From contig OZ243930.1 in the NCBI GenBank assembly GCA_965213975.1, positions 2,230,390 to 2,294,389 of the forward strand: a stretch of DNA of 64,000 nt. Direction: 5' to 3'. A program made the position numbers and the translations under genes. Shown here in pieces: positions 10,860 through 22,583 of the stretch. The stretch is from Candidatus Spongiisociaceae bacterium (GTDB lineage: Bacteria; Actinomycetota; Acidimicrobiia; Spongiisociales; Spongiisociaceae). The notes beneath the pieces were generated by a model. The model was not told the origin of the DNA. It made no database searches and saw only the letters and a list, made by a program, of their open reading frames with translations. Position 1 is the stretch's first letter. Every line of letters begins with the position of its first letter.

Positions 10860-13800
10860 CACTCGCCTCCTCTGCATCCGCCCCGTCGGCCTCGGCGTCC
10901 GAGTCGGGCATATCTAGCGATGCCAGCCAGTCCGGTCCGAGGTCAGCGGGAATCCGGCTGGCCTCAGGCAGACGCGGTTGAATGGCCTGGTAACGGGAGC
11001 CGCCGGTCCCTGCTGGGATCAGCTTGCCTATGATCACGTTCTCCTTGAGGCCGCGCAGATAGTCGGAGCGGCCGTTGATAGCCGCCTCGGTTAGGACACG
11101 AGTGGTTTCCTGGAAGGAAGCGGCCGACAACCATGAATCGGTGGCCAGGGAAGCCTTGGTGATGCCCATGAGTTCCCGTCGGCCCTCGGCTGGCCTCTTT
11201 CCGTCCTCGACTAACCGACGGTTCTCCTCACGGAACTCTCCGTAATCCACCAGCTGATGGGGCAGGAAATCCGAATCATTGGCGCGAACCACCCGAACCT
11301 TACGGAGCATCTGACGCACGATCAACTCGATGTGCTTGTCGTGGATATCGACACCCTGGTTCCGGTAGACCTCTTGAACCTGATCCACCAGGTACTGTTG
11401 GCAGGCCCGAACCCCTTGGATCTCGCACACTTCCTTGGGATCAAGGGGTCCTTCGGTGAGGGGCGTTCCCGGCTCGATCTCGTCACCGGCTCGGACCGCT
11501 AGACGGGCCCGGCGGGAGACCTCGTAGCTCTTTTCCTCTGTCGGCGACTCGATGATGATGACCCGGCTGCCTTCATCGTTTTCCTCGATTCTCACCATTC
11601 CGCCGATCTCGGTGATGGTGGCCTTGCCCTTAGGTGATCTGGCTTCGAACAACTCGACCACCCGGGGAAGGCCGTGGGTGATGTCTTGGCCAGCCACACC
11701 TCCGGTGTGGAAGGTGCGCATGGTTAACTGGGTTCCGGGTTCTCCGATCGACTGGGCAGCCATTATGCCCACCGCCTCGCCAGTTTCCACCATCTTGCCG
11801 GTAGCCATGCTCAGTCCATATGAGGCTTGGCTGATCCCGTACAGAATCTCATCGGTGAGCGGCGACCGCACTCGCACCTCGCTGACGTCAGAAGCGTCCT
11901 CTAGAGCGATCATGGCCGATCGGTCCAGGACCTCGCCTGCCACCAGTTCCCTTCCGCCCTTGGTGCGTACCGGGGTTCCGTTGGCGAGGACGTCGTCTAC
12001 CAGGATTCGACCGTAGATACGGCTGCGCAGGTTGCGTATGAGCTTCGACTCGCTGCCCTCCTCAACCCTGATCGGGATCCGGATACCGCGATCCTGCGAA
12101 TCCTCGTCCCTGACGATGATTTCTTGAGAGACGTCTACCAAACGCCGGGTCAGATAACCCGAGTCGGCGGTCCGAAGGGCGGTGTCAGCCAATCCTTTGC
12201 GCGCCCCATGGGTGGAGATGAAGTACTCCAACACCGTCAGGCCCTCCAGGAAATTGGCTTTGATAGGACGGGGAATGATGTCCCCCTTGGGGTTGGCGAC
12301 CAGCCCGCGCATACCCGCGATCTGGCGCACCTGCATCCGGTTGCCTCGGGCACCGGACCTCACCATCATGTCGATCGGGTTGAAGGCATGGGCGGACAGC
12401 GTCTTTTCCATGGAGGCGGTTACTTCCTCGGTCGCCTCGGTCCAGATCTCAATCAGCTCTTGATGTAGTTCCTCTTGGGTGATGATTCCCCGTTGGTACT
12501 GGCGATCGACTCCGTCCGCTTTTTTCTGATACTGGTTGAGGATCCGTTGCTTATCAGGCGGAGCCAACACGTCGCTGAGACCCATCGTCAACCCCGACCT
12601 AGTGGAGAATTCGAAACCCAACTCTTTCAGGTTGTCAAGGGTCGCCTGCACTTGATACTTCGGATACCGCTCGATGGTCTCGGCGATCAGCACCCTGAGG
12701 TCACCCTTGAGTACCACCGCGTCGAGGAATGGAAAACCCTCAGGTAAGGCTTGGTTCAGGAGCACCCGCCCGTACGTTGTCTCATAGAGACGAGCCCCGT
12801 CCAAAGGCGCGTCCGGCGTGAGGTGACTGATGTAGTCCTTCATCTGCGCATGCATGTCGGGATCGCCGCTCAGATCACCAAGCCGAAGCCGGATGGGGGC
12901 GTGCAACGAAATCTCGCCGAGGTCGAAGGCCATCGCCGCCTCGTCGGGATCGGCAAAGACCCGACCTGAGCCCTTAGCGTCGGCCACCCGTTCGGACAGG
13001 TAGTACAGACCAATCACCATATCCTGGGAAGGGGCAACAATCGGGTGACCGCTCGCTGGCGAGAGGACGTTGTTGGTGGACAACATGAGCACGCGGGCCT
13101 CAGCCTGTGCCTCAGCTGACAGGGGGATATGGACCGCCATCTGGTCACCGTCGAAGTCGGCGTTGAAGGCCTCGCAGACCAGGGGATGGATTTGGATGGC
13201 CTTGCCCTCTACCAGAACCGGCTCAAAGGCTTGGATCCCAAGACGATGCAGCGTGGGTGCCCGATTGAGCAGGACGGGATGCTCCTGGATGACCTCCCGG
13301 AGGACGTCCCATACCGGCGGACGGCGCCGTTCCACCATCCTCTTTGCCGACTTGATGTTCTGGGCGATGTCACGATCGACCAAGCGCTTCATAACGAACG
13401 GCTTGAAGAGCTCGAGAGCCATGATCTTGGGCAACCCACACTGGTGAAGCTTGAGTTGGGGTCCAACCACGATCACCGACCGGGCTGAATAGTCAACTCG
13501 CTTGCCCAGCAGGTTCTGCCGAAACCGGCCTTGCTTGCCCTTGAGCATGTCAGTGAGCGATTTGAGAGCACGGTTCCCCTGGCCGGTGACGGCCTTACCC
13601 CGTCGTCCGTTGTCGAACAAAGCGTCGACCGCCTCCTGGAGCATCCTCTTTTCGTTGTTGACGATGATCTCGGGAGCATTGAGCTCCAGCAACCGCTTTA
13701 GCCGATTGTTGCGGTTAATCACCCGCCGGTATAGGTCGTTGAGATCGGAGGTAGCGAACCGGCCGCCGTCAAGCTGCACCATGGGTCGCAAGTCCGGAGG

Positions 13801-14823
13801 TATCACCGGGACCGACTCGATAATCATTCCCCTAGGCGAGTGCCTCCCCTCCCAGAAGGGCTTGACCACCTTGATCCGCTGGGTCGCTCGATGGCGGCGC
13901 TGGGCGGAGGTTGCTACCAGATTCTCCTTGAGCATCTCCATCTCGGCGTCGAGGTCGACCCGCTTGAGCAAGGCCTTGACTGCCTCAGCCCCCATTCCGC
14001 CCGAGAAATAGTCCGAATACTGGTCGTCCAACATCCGCCAGAGCTGCTCCGACTCCACCAACGTCTTCGGCTTAAGGGTACGGAAGGTCTCGTAGGCCTC
14101 CCGGAACAGCTCGCAGGCCCGCTCGCATCGGTCCAGGCGGTCTTGGAGCTCGCGCTCGACTTCCTTGCGGCGGCTGTTGATCTCTTGGGGCTTGGCACCC
14201 CCCTCCTCCATCCGACGGATCTCCTCTTCGTGACGCTCGAGGCGGCGGTCGCGCCACTCTTCGAAGTCCTCGCGTTCGAGATCAATCTCCGCCTCCATGC
14301 GGGCTTCGAGATCGGGCAGATCGCCGAGCCGCTTCTTCTCATCAAGGTCCGTTACCAGGTAGGCGGCGAAATAGATCACCTTCTCGAGTTCTTTGGGAGA
14401 CATGTCGAGCAGGTACCCGAGGCGCGAAGGGACGCCCTTGAAGAACCAGATATGGGTTACCGGAGCGGCCAGCTCGATGTGACCCATGCGTTCCCGACGC
14501 ACCTTGCTGCGGGTAACTTCGACGTTGCATTTCTCGCAGGTGATCCCTCGGTAGCGAATGCGCTTGTACTTGCCGCAGGCGCATTCCCAGTCCTTCTGAG
14601 GGCCGAAGATCCGCTCGTCGAACAAGCCCTCCTTCTCGGGCTTCAAGGTTCGATAGTTGATTGTCTCCGGCTTCTTCACCTCCCCAAAGGACCATGATCG
14701 GATCTGCTCGGGTGTCGCCAATCCGATCTTGAGTTCGTCAAAAACGTCCCGATGGGAAGCCTCGGCGGATGTCGCGAAGCCTTCGTAAGGACCGAACCGT
14801 GTAGGTGTTTGAGCCCAGCTCAC
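10843..14823 (-). CDS. rpoC: DNA-directed RNA polymerase subunit beta'
   Basis: 1326 aa with the catalytic NADFDGD motif, zinc-binding cysteines ([19 protein letters not shown]), and bridge-helix and trigger-loop regions. Confidence 0.98.
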   Translation of the reverse strand: MSWAQTPTRFGPYEGFATSAEASHRDVFDELKIGLATPEQIRSWSFGEVKKPETINYRTLKPEKEGLFDERIFGPQKDWECACGKYKRIRYRGITCEKCNVEVTRSKVRRERMGHIELAAPVTHIWFFKGVPSRLGYLLDMSPKELEKVIYFAAYLVTDLDEKKRLGDLPDLEARMEAEIDLEREDFEEWRDRRLERHEEEIRRMEEGGAKPQEINSRRKEVERELQDRLDRCERACELFREAYETFRTLKPKTLVESEQLWRMLDDQYSDYFSGGMGAEAVKALLKRVDLDAEMEMLKENLVATSAQRRHRATQRIKVVKPFWEGRHSPRGMIIESVPVIPPDLRPMVQLDGGRFATSDLNDLYRRVINRNNRLKRLLELNAPEIIVNNEKRMLQEAVDALFDNGRRGKAVTGQGNRALKSLTDMLKGKQGRFRQNLLGKRVDYSARSVIVVGPQLKLHQCGLPKIMALELFKPFVMKRLVDRDIAQNIKSAKRMVERRRPPVWDVLREVIQEHPVLLNRAPTLHRLGIQAFEPVLVEGKAIQIHPLVCEAFNADFDGDQMAVHIPLSAEAQAEARVLMLSTNNVLSPASGHPIVAPSQDMVIGLYYLSERVADAKGSGRVFADPDEAAMAFDLGEISLHAPIRLRLGDLSGDPDMHAQMKDYISHLTPDAPLDGARLYETTYGRVLLNQALPEGFPFLDAVVLKGDLRVLIAETIERYPKYQVQATLDNLKELGFEFSTRSGLTMGLSDVLAPPDKQRILNQYQKKADGVDRQYQRGIITQEELHQELIEIWTEATEEVTASMEKTLSAHAFNPIDMMVRSGARGNRMQVRQIAGMRGLVANPKGDIIPRPIKANFLEGLTVLEYFISTHGARKGLADTALRTADSGYLTRRLVDVSQEIIVRDEDSQDRGIRIPIRVEEGSESKLIRNLRSRIYGRILVDDVLANGTPVRTKGGRELVAGEVLDRSAMIALEDASDVSEVRVRSPLTDEILYGISQASYGLSMATGKMVETGEAVGIMAAQSIGEPGTQLTMRTFHTGGVAGQDITHGLPRVVELFEARSPKGKATITEIGGMVRIEENDEGSRVIIIESPTEEKSYEVSRRARLAVRAGDEIEPGTPLTEGPLDPKEVCEIQGVRACQQYLVDQVQEVYRNQGVDIHDKHIELIVRQMLRKVRVVRANDSDFLPHQLVDYGEFREENRRLVEDGKRPAEGRRELMGITKASLATDSWLSAASFQETTRVLTEAAINGRSDYLRGLKENVIIGKLIPAGTGGSRYQAIQPRLPEASRIPADLGPDWLASLDMPDSDAEADGADAEEASVTPEV

Positions 14824-14828
14824 GCTAT

Positions 14829-17800
14829 CTAACCCTCTTCTCTGCGCTCCGGGCGCGATATGTCGATTCCCAGCGCCTCCGACGTGCGGTAAAGATCCTC
14901 GTCCAGATCCCTAAACCGGATTTCCTCACCTGCCGAAAGCAACTCTACGTTCAAGCAGAGGCTTTGCATCTCCTTAATGAGCACCTTGAAAGACTCCGGA
15001 ATCCCCGGCTCCGGTATGTTGTCCCCCTTGACGATCGACTCATATACCTTGACCCGACCGAGCACATCATCCGACTTGATGGTCAGAAGTTCCTGGAGGG
15101 CGTAGGCAGCCCCGTAGGCTTCCAGAGCCCAGACTTCCATTTCCCCGAACCGCTGACCTCCGAACTGAGCCTTACCTCCCAGAGGCTGCTGGGTGATCAT
15201 TGAGTAGGGCCCGGTAGAACGAGCATGGAGCTTGTCGTCCACTAGGTGAACCAGCTTGAGAATGTATAGGTATCCCACCGTGACGGGAGTGTCGAAGGGA
15301 AGACCGGTGCGCCCGTCGTAAAGGGTTGCCTTGCCCTCGTCGGTAACCAGCCGATCCCCGTCGCGGTTGGGCAGGGTGTGCGCGATCACGTCCCGGATCT
15401 CACCGTGCCGAGCACCGTCGAAGACTGGCGTAGCCACCGGGGACCGTGGTTTTCTCCCTACTGCAGCAGGTGAGTCTCCCTTGAAGGGGCGCCACCCTTG
15501 CGCGGCGGCCCAACCCAGATGGGTTTCCAGTACCTGCCCGAGGTTCATACGGGAGGGGACCCCCAAGGGTGACAGCACGATGTCGATTGGGGTGCCGTCC
15601 GCCAGGAAGGGCATGTCCTCCTCGGGAAGGATCTTGGCGATCACACCCTTGTTGCCGTGTCGTCCGGCAAGTTTGTCGCCTTCGGAGATCTTGCGTTGGC
15701 TGGCTACGTAGACACGAACCAACTCGCTGACGCCTGGCTGGAGGTCGTCATAGCCATCTGCCCGCCGGTAGACGCGCACGTCAATTACCTTGCCGGACTC
15801 GCCATGGGGCACCTTCAAAGAAGAGTCGCGTACCTCTCGGGCCTTCTCGCCGAAGATCGCTCGCAGGAGACGCTCCTCAGGGGTCATCTCGGTTTCTCCC
15901 TTGGGAGTTACTTTGCCTACCAGGTAATCGCCGGGACCAACGATGGCCCCGACCCGAACAATGCCTTCATCGTCCAGGTCCTTGAGGGCTTCCTCGGCGA
16001 CGTTAGGGATATCTCGAGTGATTTCCTCGGCACCCAGCTTGGTCTCACGGGCGTCGACTTCGTGCTCCTCAATATGGACTGAGGTCAACACATCCTGTTT
16101 GACTAGCCTTTCGCTTAAGACGATGGCGTCTTCAAAGTTATGTCCTTTCCAGGGCATGAAGGCCGCCAAGAGGTTCTTGCCCAACGCCAACTCACCGCCC
16201 TCCGTGGAGGGTCCGTCGGCGATCACCATGTCCTTGGTGACCTCGCTCCCCAGATCCACCAAGGCCTTCTGGTTGATGGAAGTTCCTTGATTGGAGCGCT
16301 CGAACTTTCGCAGGGGATAGGTGTGCTCGACATCGGTACCGGTCTCGGTGACCACAATCTTGTTACCGCTGATGTAGGTCACCACACCGTCGATCTCGGA
16401 GGTGATCAGCTCACCCGAATCGCGGGCGGCGCGAGCCTCGACACCGGTGCCGACCAGCGGGGCCTCGGATTGCAGCAACGGCACCGCTTGGCGTTGCATA
16501 TTGGACCCCATGAGGGCCCGGTTGGCGTCGTCATGCTCGAGGAACGGGATCAGTGAGGTAGCGACCGATACGATCTGCTTGGGGGAAACGTCCATGAAGT
16601 CTACGTCGCGGGGTGGCACCCGGTCGATGTCTCCGCCAGCTCGCCTCACGAGGACGCGGTCGCGGACAAACGAACCGTCCGCTCCCAGCTCCGAGTTAGC
16701 TTGGGCGATCACATACCGCTCCTCCTCGGATGCGGTCAGATAGCGGATCGTGTCGGTCACTCGACCGTCCTGGACCTCTCGGTACGGGGTCTCGATGAAG
16801 CCGAACCGATTAACGCGGGCGTAGCTGGCCAACGACCCGATCAGGCCGATGTTGGGGCCTTCCGGGGTCTCAATGGGGCACATCCGGCCGTAGTGGGAGG
16901 GATGCACATCCCGAACCTCAAAGCCAGCCCGCTCCCGAGACACCCCGCCCGGCCCTAACGCCGACAGCCGTCTGCGGTGGGTAAGCCCGGCCAGCGGGTT
17001 AGGTTGATCCATAAACTGGCTGAGTTGGCTCGACCCGAAGAACTCCTTGATCGAACCGACCACCGGACGTATATTGATCAACGAGGTGGGCGTGATGGAA
17101 TCGGCGTCCTGGGTAGACATCCGCTCCCGCACCTGGCGTTCCATGCGGCTGAGGCCGATCCTCATCTGATTCTGAACCAATTCCCCCACCGTACGGACAC
17201 GGCGGTTGCCGAAATGGTCGGTATCGTCGGTGCGAACCGAGACTTCATTGCTGGCCTGCGTGGTCATAGTGGGGCGGGCTTCATGGAGGTGGACGAGGTA
17301 GTTGATCGTGTCGACAAAGTCGTCACGGGTGAAGAGACCGTTCTCGGCGACTCCGCCCTTGGGGTTCTGGAACTTCTGGTCCACCTTGTAGCGTCCCACC
17401 TCGGTCAGGTCATACCTCTTGGGGTTGAAGAAGATGGCCTTTATAAGGCCCTTTGCTGAGTCCAAAGTGGTGGGTTCGCCGGGCCGCTGCTTCCGGTAGA
17501 AATCGAGCTTGGCCTCGTCGGGGTCTGAGATCGGATCCCGCTCCAAGGTATTGGCGATGATCTCCGCGTCGTCAAACAAGCGAAGGATCTCGTCATCGGT
17601 GTGGGCGAAGTCCAGCGCACGTACGAACGAGGTGATGTACTGACGCCGCTTGCGGTCCACCTTTACGCCTAGAGTGTCGCGCTTGTCGGTGTCCAACTGC
17701 ATCCACGCGCCTTGGCCGGGGATCACCTTCGCGCCGTATACGTCCTTGCCGGTCAGCTTGTCAATCGAGTGATCGAAGTAGACGCCCGGGGACCGCACCA

Positions 17801-18197
17801 GCTGGCTTACCACCACCCGTTCAGTCCCGTTGATGATGAAGGTTCCGTTGCGGGTCATTATCGGGAAATCTCCGAGGAAGACCCGCTGCTCCTTGATTTC
17901 CCCGCTGTTGCGGTTGAGGAAACGTGCCACGACGTAGAGGGGCCGCGCATAACTGTGGTCGCGTTCCTTGGCCTCCCCAATGGTGAGAAGAGGCTCCCCG
18001 AAATAGTGATCGCTCAGATCTAGCGCGAGCTGTCCACCAAAGTCCTCAATGGGAGAGATTTGCCGGAAGATTCGGGAAAGCCCCTCTTCCAAGAACCACC
18101 TGAAGGACTCTCGCTGCACCGCGATGAGATCCGGGAGAGGACTCACCTCGGGGATCTTCGAAAACGACAGCCGATCAACCGTGTTGGCTATAGCCAA
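14829..18197 (-). CDS. rpoB: DNA-directed RNA polymerase subunit beta. TTG start with a GAGGAGG ribosome-binding site.
   Basis: 1122 aa. The rifampicin-cluster region ([31 protein letters not shown]) and conserved beta-subunit blocks throughout. Confidence 0.98.
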   Translation of the reverse strand: MAIANTVDRLSFSKIPEVSPLPDLIAVQRESFRWFLEEGLSRIFRQISPIEDFGGQLALDLSDHYFGEPLLTIGEAKERDHSYARPLYVVARFLNRNSGEIKEQRVFLGDFPIMTRNGTFIINGTERVVVSQLVRSPGVYFDHSIDKLTGKDVYGAKVIPGQGAWMQLDTDKRDTLGVKVDRKRRQYITSFVRALDFAHTDDEILRLFDDAEIIANTLERDPISDPDEAKLDFYRKQRPGEPTTLDSAKGLIKAIFFNPKRYDLTEVGRYKVDQKFQNPKGGVAENGLFTRDDFVDTINYLVHLHEARPTMTTQASNEVSVRTDDTDHFGNRRVRTVGELVQNQMRIGLSRMERQVRERMSTQDADSITPTSLINIRPVVGSIKEFFGSSQLSQFMDQPNPLAGLTHRRRLSALGPGGVSRERAGFEVRDVHPSHYGRMCPIETPEGPNIGLIGSLASYARVNRFGFIETPYREVQDGRVTDTIRYLTASEEERYVIAQANSELGADGSFVRDRVLVRRAGGDIDRVPPRDVDFMDVSPKQIVSVATSLIPFLEHDDANRALMGSNMQRQAVPLLQSEAPLVGTGVEARAARDSGELITSEIDGVVTYISGNKIVVTETGTDVEHTYPLRKFERSNQGTSINQKALVDLGSEVTKDMVIADGPSTEGGELALGKNLLAAFMPWKGHNFEDAIVLSERLVKQDVLTSVHIEEHEVDARETKLGAEEITRDIPNVAEEALKDLDDEGIVRVGAIVGPGDYLVGKVTPKGETEMTPEERLLRAIFGEKAREVRDSSLKVPHGESGKVIDVRVYRRADGYDDLQPGVSELVRVYVASQRKISEGDKLAGRHGNKGVIAKILPEEDMPFLADGTPIDIVLSPLGVPSRMNLGQVLETHLGWAAAQGWRPFKGDSPAAVGRKPRSPVATPVFDGARHGEIRDVIAHTLPNRDGDRLVTDEGKATLYDGRTGLPFDTPVTVGYLYILKLVHLVDDKLHARSTGPYSMITQQPLGGKAQFGGQRFGEMEVWALEAYGAAYALQELLTIKSDDVLGRVKVYESIVKGDNIPEPGIPESFKVLIKEMQSLCLNVELLSAGEEIRFRDLDEDLYRTSEALGIDISRPERREEG

Positions 18198-18382
18198 ACC
18201 TGCCTCCTCTGGATGACTGACCGGCCAATTCGGCCTGTCTCATAACCAAACTCGAACCCCATACATGTTTGTCAACGCGCTCCTGCGGACAAGGCTCTAC
18301 CCTGTTTGTGACGATCGATACTCGACATGCTGAAACGCGCGCTACACAGAGGCCGCGCCGCAAAAGCGCATACTAGCACGCG

Positions 18383-18410
18383 ATAAACGCCCCCCGAAAA
18401 GGAGGCTAAT
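18383..18410 (-). terminator. Candidate partial terminator/attenuator hairpin in the rplL-rpoB intergenic leader
   Basis: Minus-strand RNA reads auuagCCUCCuuuucGGGGGcguuuauc: a 5-bp GC stem with a U-rich loop followed by a moderately U-rich tract. The position, between rplL and rpoB, matches the well-known E. coli rplL-rpoB attenuator. Confidence 0.3.
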
Positions 18411-18509
18411 ACCATTTAGACAGATCCCCTCTGTTGGGGATGGTTCCGTCCGATACCTCAAATGCTAGTGCCCGGCGGTGTGGGTGGTCAAGTCGCTGGC
18501 GGGCTGGCC

Positions 18510-18893
18510 TCACCGAATCTCCACGGATCCGCCTACTGCCTCTATCTTCGCCTTGGCGGCGTTAGCCTCGTCGAGAGAGACCGCCTCAAGAACGTTGCTA
18601 GGTAGGCCGTCGACAACCGCCTTCGCTTCCTTGAGACCCAAGGTTGTCAAGGCGCGAACTTCCTTGATGACCTGAATTTTGGAGGATCCGGAGCCGGTGA
18701 GCACCACGGTGAACTCGGTTTGCTCCTCGGCCTCGGCCTGGTCGGCGCTGCCGTCTCCGGCGGCACCCATCGCCATAGGGACCGCGGCGGTGACGTCGAA
18801 ATGGGCCTCGAAGGCATCCAAGAACTCCTTGAGTTCCAATACCGTCATCTCCTCAAACACGCTGAGCAGTTCTGAGTTGGTCATCTTGGCCAT
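18510..18893 (-). CDS. rplL: 50S ribosomal protein L7/L12
   Basis: 127 aa with the characteristic Ala/Glu-rich hinge and C-terminal domain (KIQVIKEVRALTTLGLKEAKAVVD). Confidence 0.97.
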   Translation of the reverse strand: MAKMTNSELLSVFEEMTVLELKEFLDAFEAHFDVTAAVPMAMGAAGDGSADQAEAEEQTEFTVVLTGSGSSKIQVIKEVRALTTLGLKEAKAVVDGLPSNVLEAVSLDEANAAKAKIEAVGGSVEIR

Positions 18894-18955
18894 GGTCGAG
18901 TCCTCCTGGATTGTCCGGCTGGTAATGGGCGGCCCCTGACGAGAGTCCGGGAACG

Positions 18956-19474
18956 CTAGGCAGCCTTCTTTTCGATTAGTTGAGTGAACACGGAAGCGGC
19001 GTTCCTGGTGAACGCCCCCATCAGATAGGCGCTTCTCGATAGTGGCGCGCCCAGAGCACCCGCCACCTTGGCGAGGAGAACCTCCCGGCTGTCGATGGCG
19101 GCCAGCCGAGCGACCTGCTCGGCGTCGATAATTCCACCGTCGAGCATGCCAGCCTTGATGACGAGGCCGTCGTTGCTCTTGGCAAACTCGACAAGCGCCC
19201 GAGCCGGGCCGACGGGATCACCTTCTGCAAAGGCAACGGCGGTGGGTCCGGAAAGCCATTGATCCAAACCCCCATGCCCGAGATCGTCAAGGGCACGTCG
19301 GGTGAGGGTCATCTTCAAGACCCGGTAGGTGGCTCCAGCTTCGGAGAGATTGCGCCGTAGTTCCTGTTGGGCTGAGACCGGTAGTCCGCGGTACTCAGTA
19401 ATGAACGAGGAGGTTGAGTTGCTGAAGTAGCCCTTGATGGCTTCAACTATCTCGACCTTTTCGGGTGTTGACAT
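18956..19474 (-). CDS. rplJ: 50S ribosomal protein L10. Start assigned to the internal Met (MSTPEKVEIV...), which has a GGAGGA ribosome-binding site.
   Basis: The N-terminus matches the L10 consensus (PEKVEIVEAIKGYF), and the gene lies upstream of rplL. Confidence 0.93.
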   Translation of the reverse strand: MSTPEKVEIVEAIKGYFSNSTSSFITEYRGLPVSAQQELRRNLSEAGATYRVLKMTLTRRALDDLGHGGLDQWLSGPTAVAFAEGDPVGPARALVEFAKSNDGLVIKAGMLDGGIIDAEQVARLAAIDSREVLLAKVAGALGAPLSRSAYLMGAFTRNAASVFTQLIEKKAA

Positions 19475-19625
19475 GGGATTCCTCCGCCCGTCGGGCGCGG
19501 GTTGCTCGCTTATCAGCACAAGACAGCGGGATTATTCCCACACGAATGAACCTCGGCAGGCGGAACCGACTCGATTCCTTTACGCCCCTATCTGGGGCAC
19601 CGGCTGTCTTTGGCCGGGCGGAAGC
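19475..19625 (-). promoter_or_regulatory. rplJ 5' leader (expected L10/L12 autoregulatory leader RNA)
   Basis: A 150-nt untranslated GC-rich leader between rplA and rplJ. Its position matches the conserved L10 leader that binds the L10(L12)4 complex. No covariance model was run. Confidence 0.3.
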
Positions 19626-20324
19626 CTAGCGGGAGATCCGGGCTACGTCTACCCGAATGCCTGGTCCCATCGTGGCTGAGATCGAAAGGCCCTGGAGGTA
19701 GATCCCCTTTGAAGCGGCCGGTTTGACTCGCACCAGCTCGGAAACCAACGTCGACAGATTCTCCTGCAACTGCGCCTCATCGAACGACGCCTTACCTATT
19801 GGCACCGCGATGTTGCCATAGCGGTCGTTACGGTATTCGATCTTGCCTGCCTTGAATTCCTGGACCGTTCTCCCCACGTCACGGGTGATGGTGCCCGCCT
19901 TGGGGTTAGGCATCATGCCGCGTGGACCAAGGATCCTGCCGAGCCTTCCCACCCGCGGCATCATGTCCGGCGTGGCGAGGGCGATGTCGAACGGGATGTC
20001 GGCACCACCGGCGATGAGCTCAACCAAGTCGGTACCCCCTACGATGTCAGCGCCCGCGGCCGCGGCCTCCGCGGCGGGCTCTCCCACCGCGAAGACGCCC
20101 ACTCGGACCCTCTTCCCCGTCCCGTGGGGTAGAACGACGGTTCCGCGGACAAGCTGGTCGGCTCGGCGGGGATCAATGCCCAGCTTGGCGACAGCCTCGA
20201 TGGTCTCGTCAAAGCGGGCGGTGGCGGTGGCCTTGACCAGCCGCACCGCGTCCTCAATTGCATATGGGTGGAACTTGTCGTAGGCCGCTCTCGCGCGGCC
20301 GAAGCGCTTGCCGTTCTGAGCCAT
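19626..20324 (-). CDS. rplA: 50S ribosomal protein L1
   Basis: 232 aa with an L1 fold pattern ([26 protein letters not shown]). Confidence 0.96.
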   Translation of the reverse strand: MAQNGKRFGRARAAYDKFHPYAIEDAVRLVKATATARFDETIEAVAKLGIDPRRADQLVRGTVVLPHGTGKRVRVGVFAVGEPAAEAAAAGADIVGGTDLVELIAGGADIPFDIALATPDMMPRVGRLGRILGPRGMMPNPKAGTITRDVGRTVQEFKAGKIEYRNDRYGNIAVPIGKASFDEAQLQENLSTLVSELVRVKPAASKGIYLQGLSISATMGPGIRVDVARISR

Positions 20325-20408
20325 TTTTCTCTCCCTGTGGTCTTAGCGGGCCCGCCAGTCTGGAGGGACCCTCCCAGCCTTTACTTTGGTCCAGCGTCAG
20401 ATCAGTTG

Positions 20409-20843
20409 TCAGTCGGTTACCACGATCCCCATTGACCGCGCAGTACCTGCGACGATACGCATGGCTGCTTCGACATCATTGGTGTTGAGGTCGGGGAGCT
20501 TGGTTTGGGCCACCGCTCGGATCTGGTCTCGCGACAGGGTCGCTACCTTCTCACGATGGGGCTCCGGTGAGCCCTTTTCCACCCGGGCCGCCTGTCGCAA
20601 GAGCACCGCCGTAGGGGGTGACTTGGTGATAAAGCTAAAGGTGCGATCGGTGTATATGGTGATCTCAGCCGGAACGATGGTTCCCATCTGGGCACGGGTG
20701 GCATCGTTGTAGGACTTGACAAACTCCATGATGTTGATCCCGTGTTGTCCCAGCGCCGGGCCGACCGGCGGTGCCGGACTGGCCTGGCCAGCGGGGATCT
20801 GAACCTTGAGGATGGCTGCCACCCGTTTCTTGCCCATGGTCAA
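20409..20843 (-). CDS. rplK: 50S ribosomal protein L11
   Basis: 144 aa with the L11 signature [32 protein letters not shown]. Confidence 0.97.
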   Translation of the reverse strand: MTMGKKRVAAILKVQIPAGQASPAPPVGPALGQHGINIMEFVKSYNDATRAQMGTIVPAEITIYTDRTFSFITKSPPTAVLLRQAARVEKGSPEPHREKVATLSRDQIRAVAQTKLPDLNTNDVEAAMRIVAGTARSMGIVVTD

Positions 20844-20891
20844 GTTCCTTTGAATCGTCTTCGTCAGAAGAGCCGGACGAGTTTCCCGGCC

Positions 20892-21716
20892 CTATTGCTT
20901 TTGGATGTCCTCAAAGTCAAGTTCCATGGGCGTATCGCGCCCGAAGATCTCAACGAGGACCGTGACCTTCTGTTGATCGACGTTTATGTTCGACACCACG
21001 CCGTTGAAGTCGGCGAACGGACCCTTGGACACACGAACGGTCTCGCCGACTTCCCAGGCCGGACGGAACCGAGGTGCCTTCTTGGCCGCCTCCCGCTTCA
21101 ATCCCATGAACCGCTCCACTTCGCGTCGCGAGAGAGGTGTGGGATGGAAGCCACCCCCAACGCTGCTTCCGACAAACGAGGTCACGCCAGGGGTGTTGCG
21201 GACCACGTTGAACGCTTCCGCATCGTCGTACATACGTATCAACAGGTAGCCGGGGAACATTCGCCGCTCCACCTCTACCTTGCGACCCGCCTTGATCTCG
21301 ACCACCTTCTCGGTGGGGATCACCACCTCAAAGATCGAGTGCTCTAGGTGCTGGGAGGTCTTGAGATTGTCGAGGTTCGCTCGCACCTTTTTCTCATGGC
21401 CCGAGTAGGAGTGGATGACGTACCAGGAGCCCCGGCGATCATACGGGCTTCTCGGCTCTTCTTCCTCGACGGGCTTCGGCGGTGCCTCGGCCAGTGTTGT
21501 GTCAGGCTGGGTGGGTTCTACGGACGGAGGCGGGTTGGTCGGTTCCTGGCCTTCCGGCGATACCTCTTCGACAGGTGCCGCGGGCTCCTCAGGGTCTGTC
21601 GAGCCATCGGTCCGAAATCCTGCGGTCAAGAACGCCTTACCGAGCGAACCGAGCGAACCGTCGCCGGGGGCTTGATCTCCGTTTGGGGTTGATGACTGGT
21701 CGGCCACTTTTTTCAA
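20892..21716 (-). CDS. nusG: Transcription termination/antitermination factor NusG, with an actinobacterial-type Pro/Glu-rich N-terminal extension
   Basis: NGN domain (WYVIHSYSGHEKKV) and KOW domain (VGETVRVSKGPFADFNGVV). Its start overlaps the secE stop. Confidence 0.95.
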   Translation of the reverse strand: MKKVADQSSTPNGDQAPGDGSLGSLGKAFLTAGFRTDGSTDPEEPAAPVEEVSPEGQEPTNPPPSVEPTQPDTTLAEAPPKPVEEEEPRSPYDRRGSWYVIHSYSGHEKKVRANLDNLKTSQHLEHSIFEVVIPTEKVVEIKAGRKVEVERRMFPGYLLIRMYDDAEAFNVVRNTPGVTSFVGSSVGGGFHPTPLSRREVERFMGLKREAAKKAPRFRPAWEVGETVRVSKGPFADFNGVVSNINVDQQKVTVLVEIFGRDTPMELDFEDIQKQ

Positions 21717-22024
21717 CCCGTCAGTGCTCGAATACCGGCTAGAACCGAACGGCTCAGGGCTAAGTCCACGAGAAACACATAACCGGTCAGAGCGCTGGTG
21801 GTGATCACGGTAACCGTGGTGAACGCAATCATCTGCCGGCGGCTTGGCCAGTTAACCCGACTGAGCTCTACCCGAACCTCGCGGAGGAACTGGATCAACC
21901 GTGCCAGCCGACCCTGCGGTTCGTCTCGTCCGGACGAACCCGTAATCGGCGAGCGACGGCGGTCACCTTGGGGCCGGGCGCGGCGTTCGGCCCGTTCGGC
22001 CATACGGCGCATCTCGCGGTTCAT
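21713..22024 (-). CDS. secE: Preprotein translocase subunit SecE. The start is moved downstream of tRNA-Trp; the ORF as listed would overlap the tRNA.
   Basis: A single C-terminal transmembrane helix (MIAFTTVTVITTSALTGYVFLVDL) preceded by a basic region, in the conserved position between tRNA-Trp and nusG. Confidence 0.85.
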   Translation of the reverse strand: MNREMRRMAERAERRARPQGDRRRSPITGSSGRDEPQGRLARLIQFLREVRVELSRVNWPSRRQMIAFTTVTVITTSALTGYVFLVDLALSRSVLAGIRALTG

Positions 22025-22082
22025 CTTGGTACTGACCTTCCTTGTGGGTAGTGCTGCAAAACTTCGCTGGGAACGAACCGAG

Positions 22083-22158
22083 CAGGGGCGGAGGGACTCG
22101 AACCCCCAACCTCCGGTTTTGGAGACCGGCGCTCTAACCAACTTCGAGCTACGCCCCT
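22083..22158 (-). tRNA. trpT: tRNA-Trp (anticodon CCA)
   Basis: Reverse complement reads AGGGGCGTAGCTCGAAGTTGGTTAGAGCGCCGGTCTCCAAAACCGGAGGTTGGGGGTTCGAGTCCCTCCGCCCCTG. It forms a cloverleaf with anticodon loop CTCCAAA and T-loop TTCGAGT. The position upstream of secE is conserved in actinobacteria. Confidence 0.93.
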
Positions 22159-22190
22159 AGCGGCAAGGAGTATAGGACCGGTAGGCCCTA

Positions 22191-22583
22191 TTATAGCCAG
22201 GAGTGGTCTCGCTGGTCACTTCGGAGCATCCGGCGAGTCAGGATTACCGCGCCGACCACGGCCATGGAGGCACCCGCCGCCACAGTCTTCATGCCGGGCC
22301 TCGGGCGAAGTACCCGGCTGTTGCGCTCCACCGGCATCGGCCGACTGAGAGCGGCCGACATATCGTAGGGCGCGTTCTGTAATTCGTTCCGCAGGGCGGC
22401 GAGGTCCCGGAGCATGCGGTGTTGTCGCACGGAAGCAGCCTGACACGATAGACAACTCGCGCTGTGGCGCTCCAAGATCGCCGGTCGAGCAACGCCGCTC
22501 GACCCGGTGCCGGAGATGATCGTCCTGGTCAGGCCGCATAACACTGACCTGGTTAGGTCCGACCGGAGAGAGAGGAAGTTCAC
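22191..22583 (-). CDS. Membrane-anchored zinc-binding anti-sigma factor (ZAS family, RslA-like). Its GTG start overlaps the sigma-factor stop (GTGA).
   Basis: An HxxxCxxC zinc motif (HSASCLSCQ) sits within the first ~50 aa, and one predicted transmembrane segment (TVAAGASMAVVGAVIL) follows. It is translationally coupled to the upstream ECF sigma gene. Confidence 0.6.
   Translation of the reverse strand: MNFLSLRSDLTRSVLCGLTRTIISGTGSSGVARPAILERHSASCLSCQAASVRQHRMLRDLAALRNELQNAPYDMSAALSRPMPVERNSRVLRPRPGMKTVAAGASMAVVGAVILTRRMLRSDQRDHSWL

Noticed and set aside
14821-14831. A possibly mis-called rpoC start, since only 5 bp separate the rpoB stop from the rpoC ATG
   Set aside because: I cannot resolve it from sequence alone. 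The ATG at 14823 is kept, although a downstream alternative start (near [10 protein letters not shown]) would give a more typical N-terminus and spacer.
10843-18197. Many long ORFs, both antisense and same-strand in alternative frames, inside rpoB and rpoC (for example 13840..14697 on the plus strand and 13914..14345 on the minus strand)
   Set aside because: These are typical spurious open frames in a roughly 65-70% GC sequence. They have no recognisable domains, and the rpoB/rpoC frames are unambiguous.
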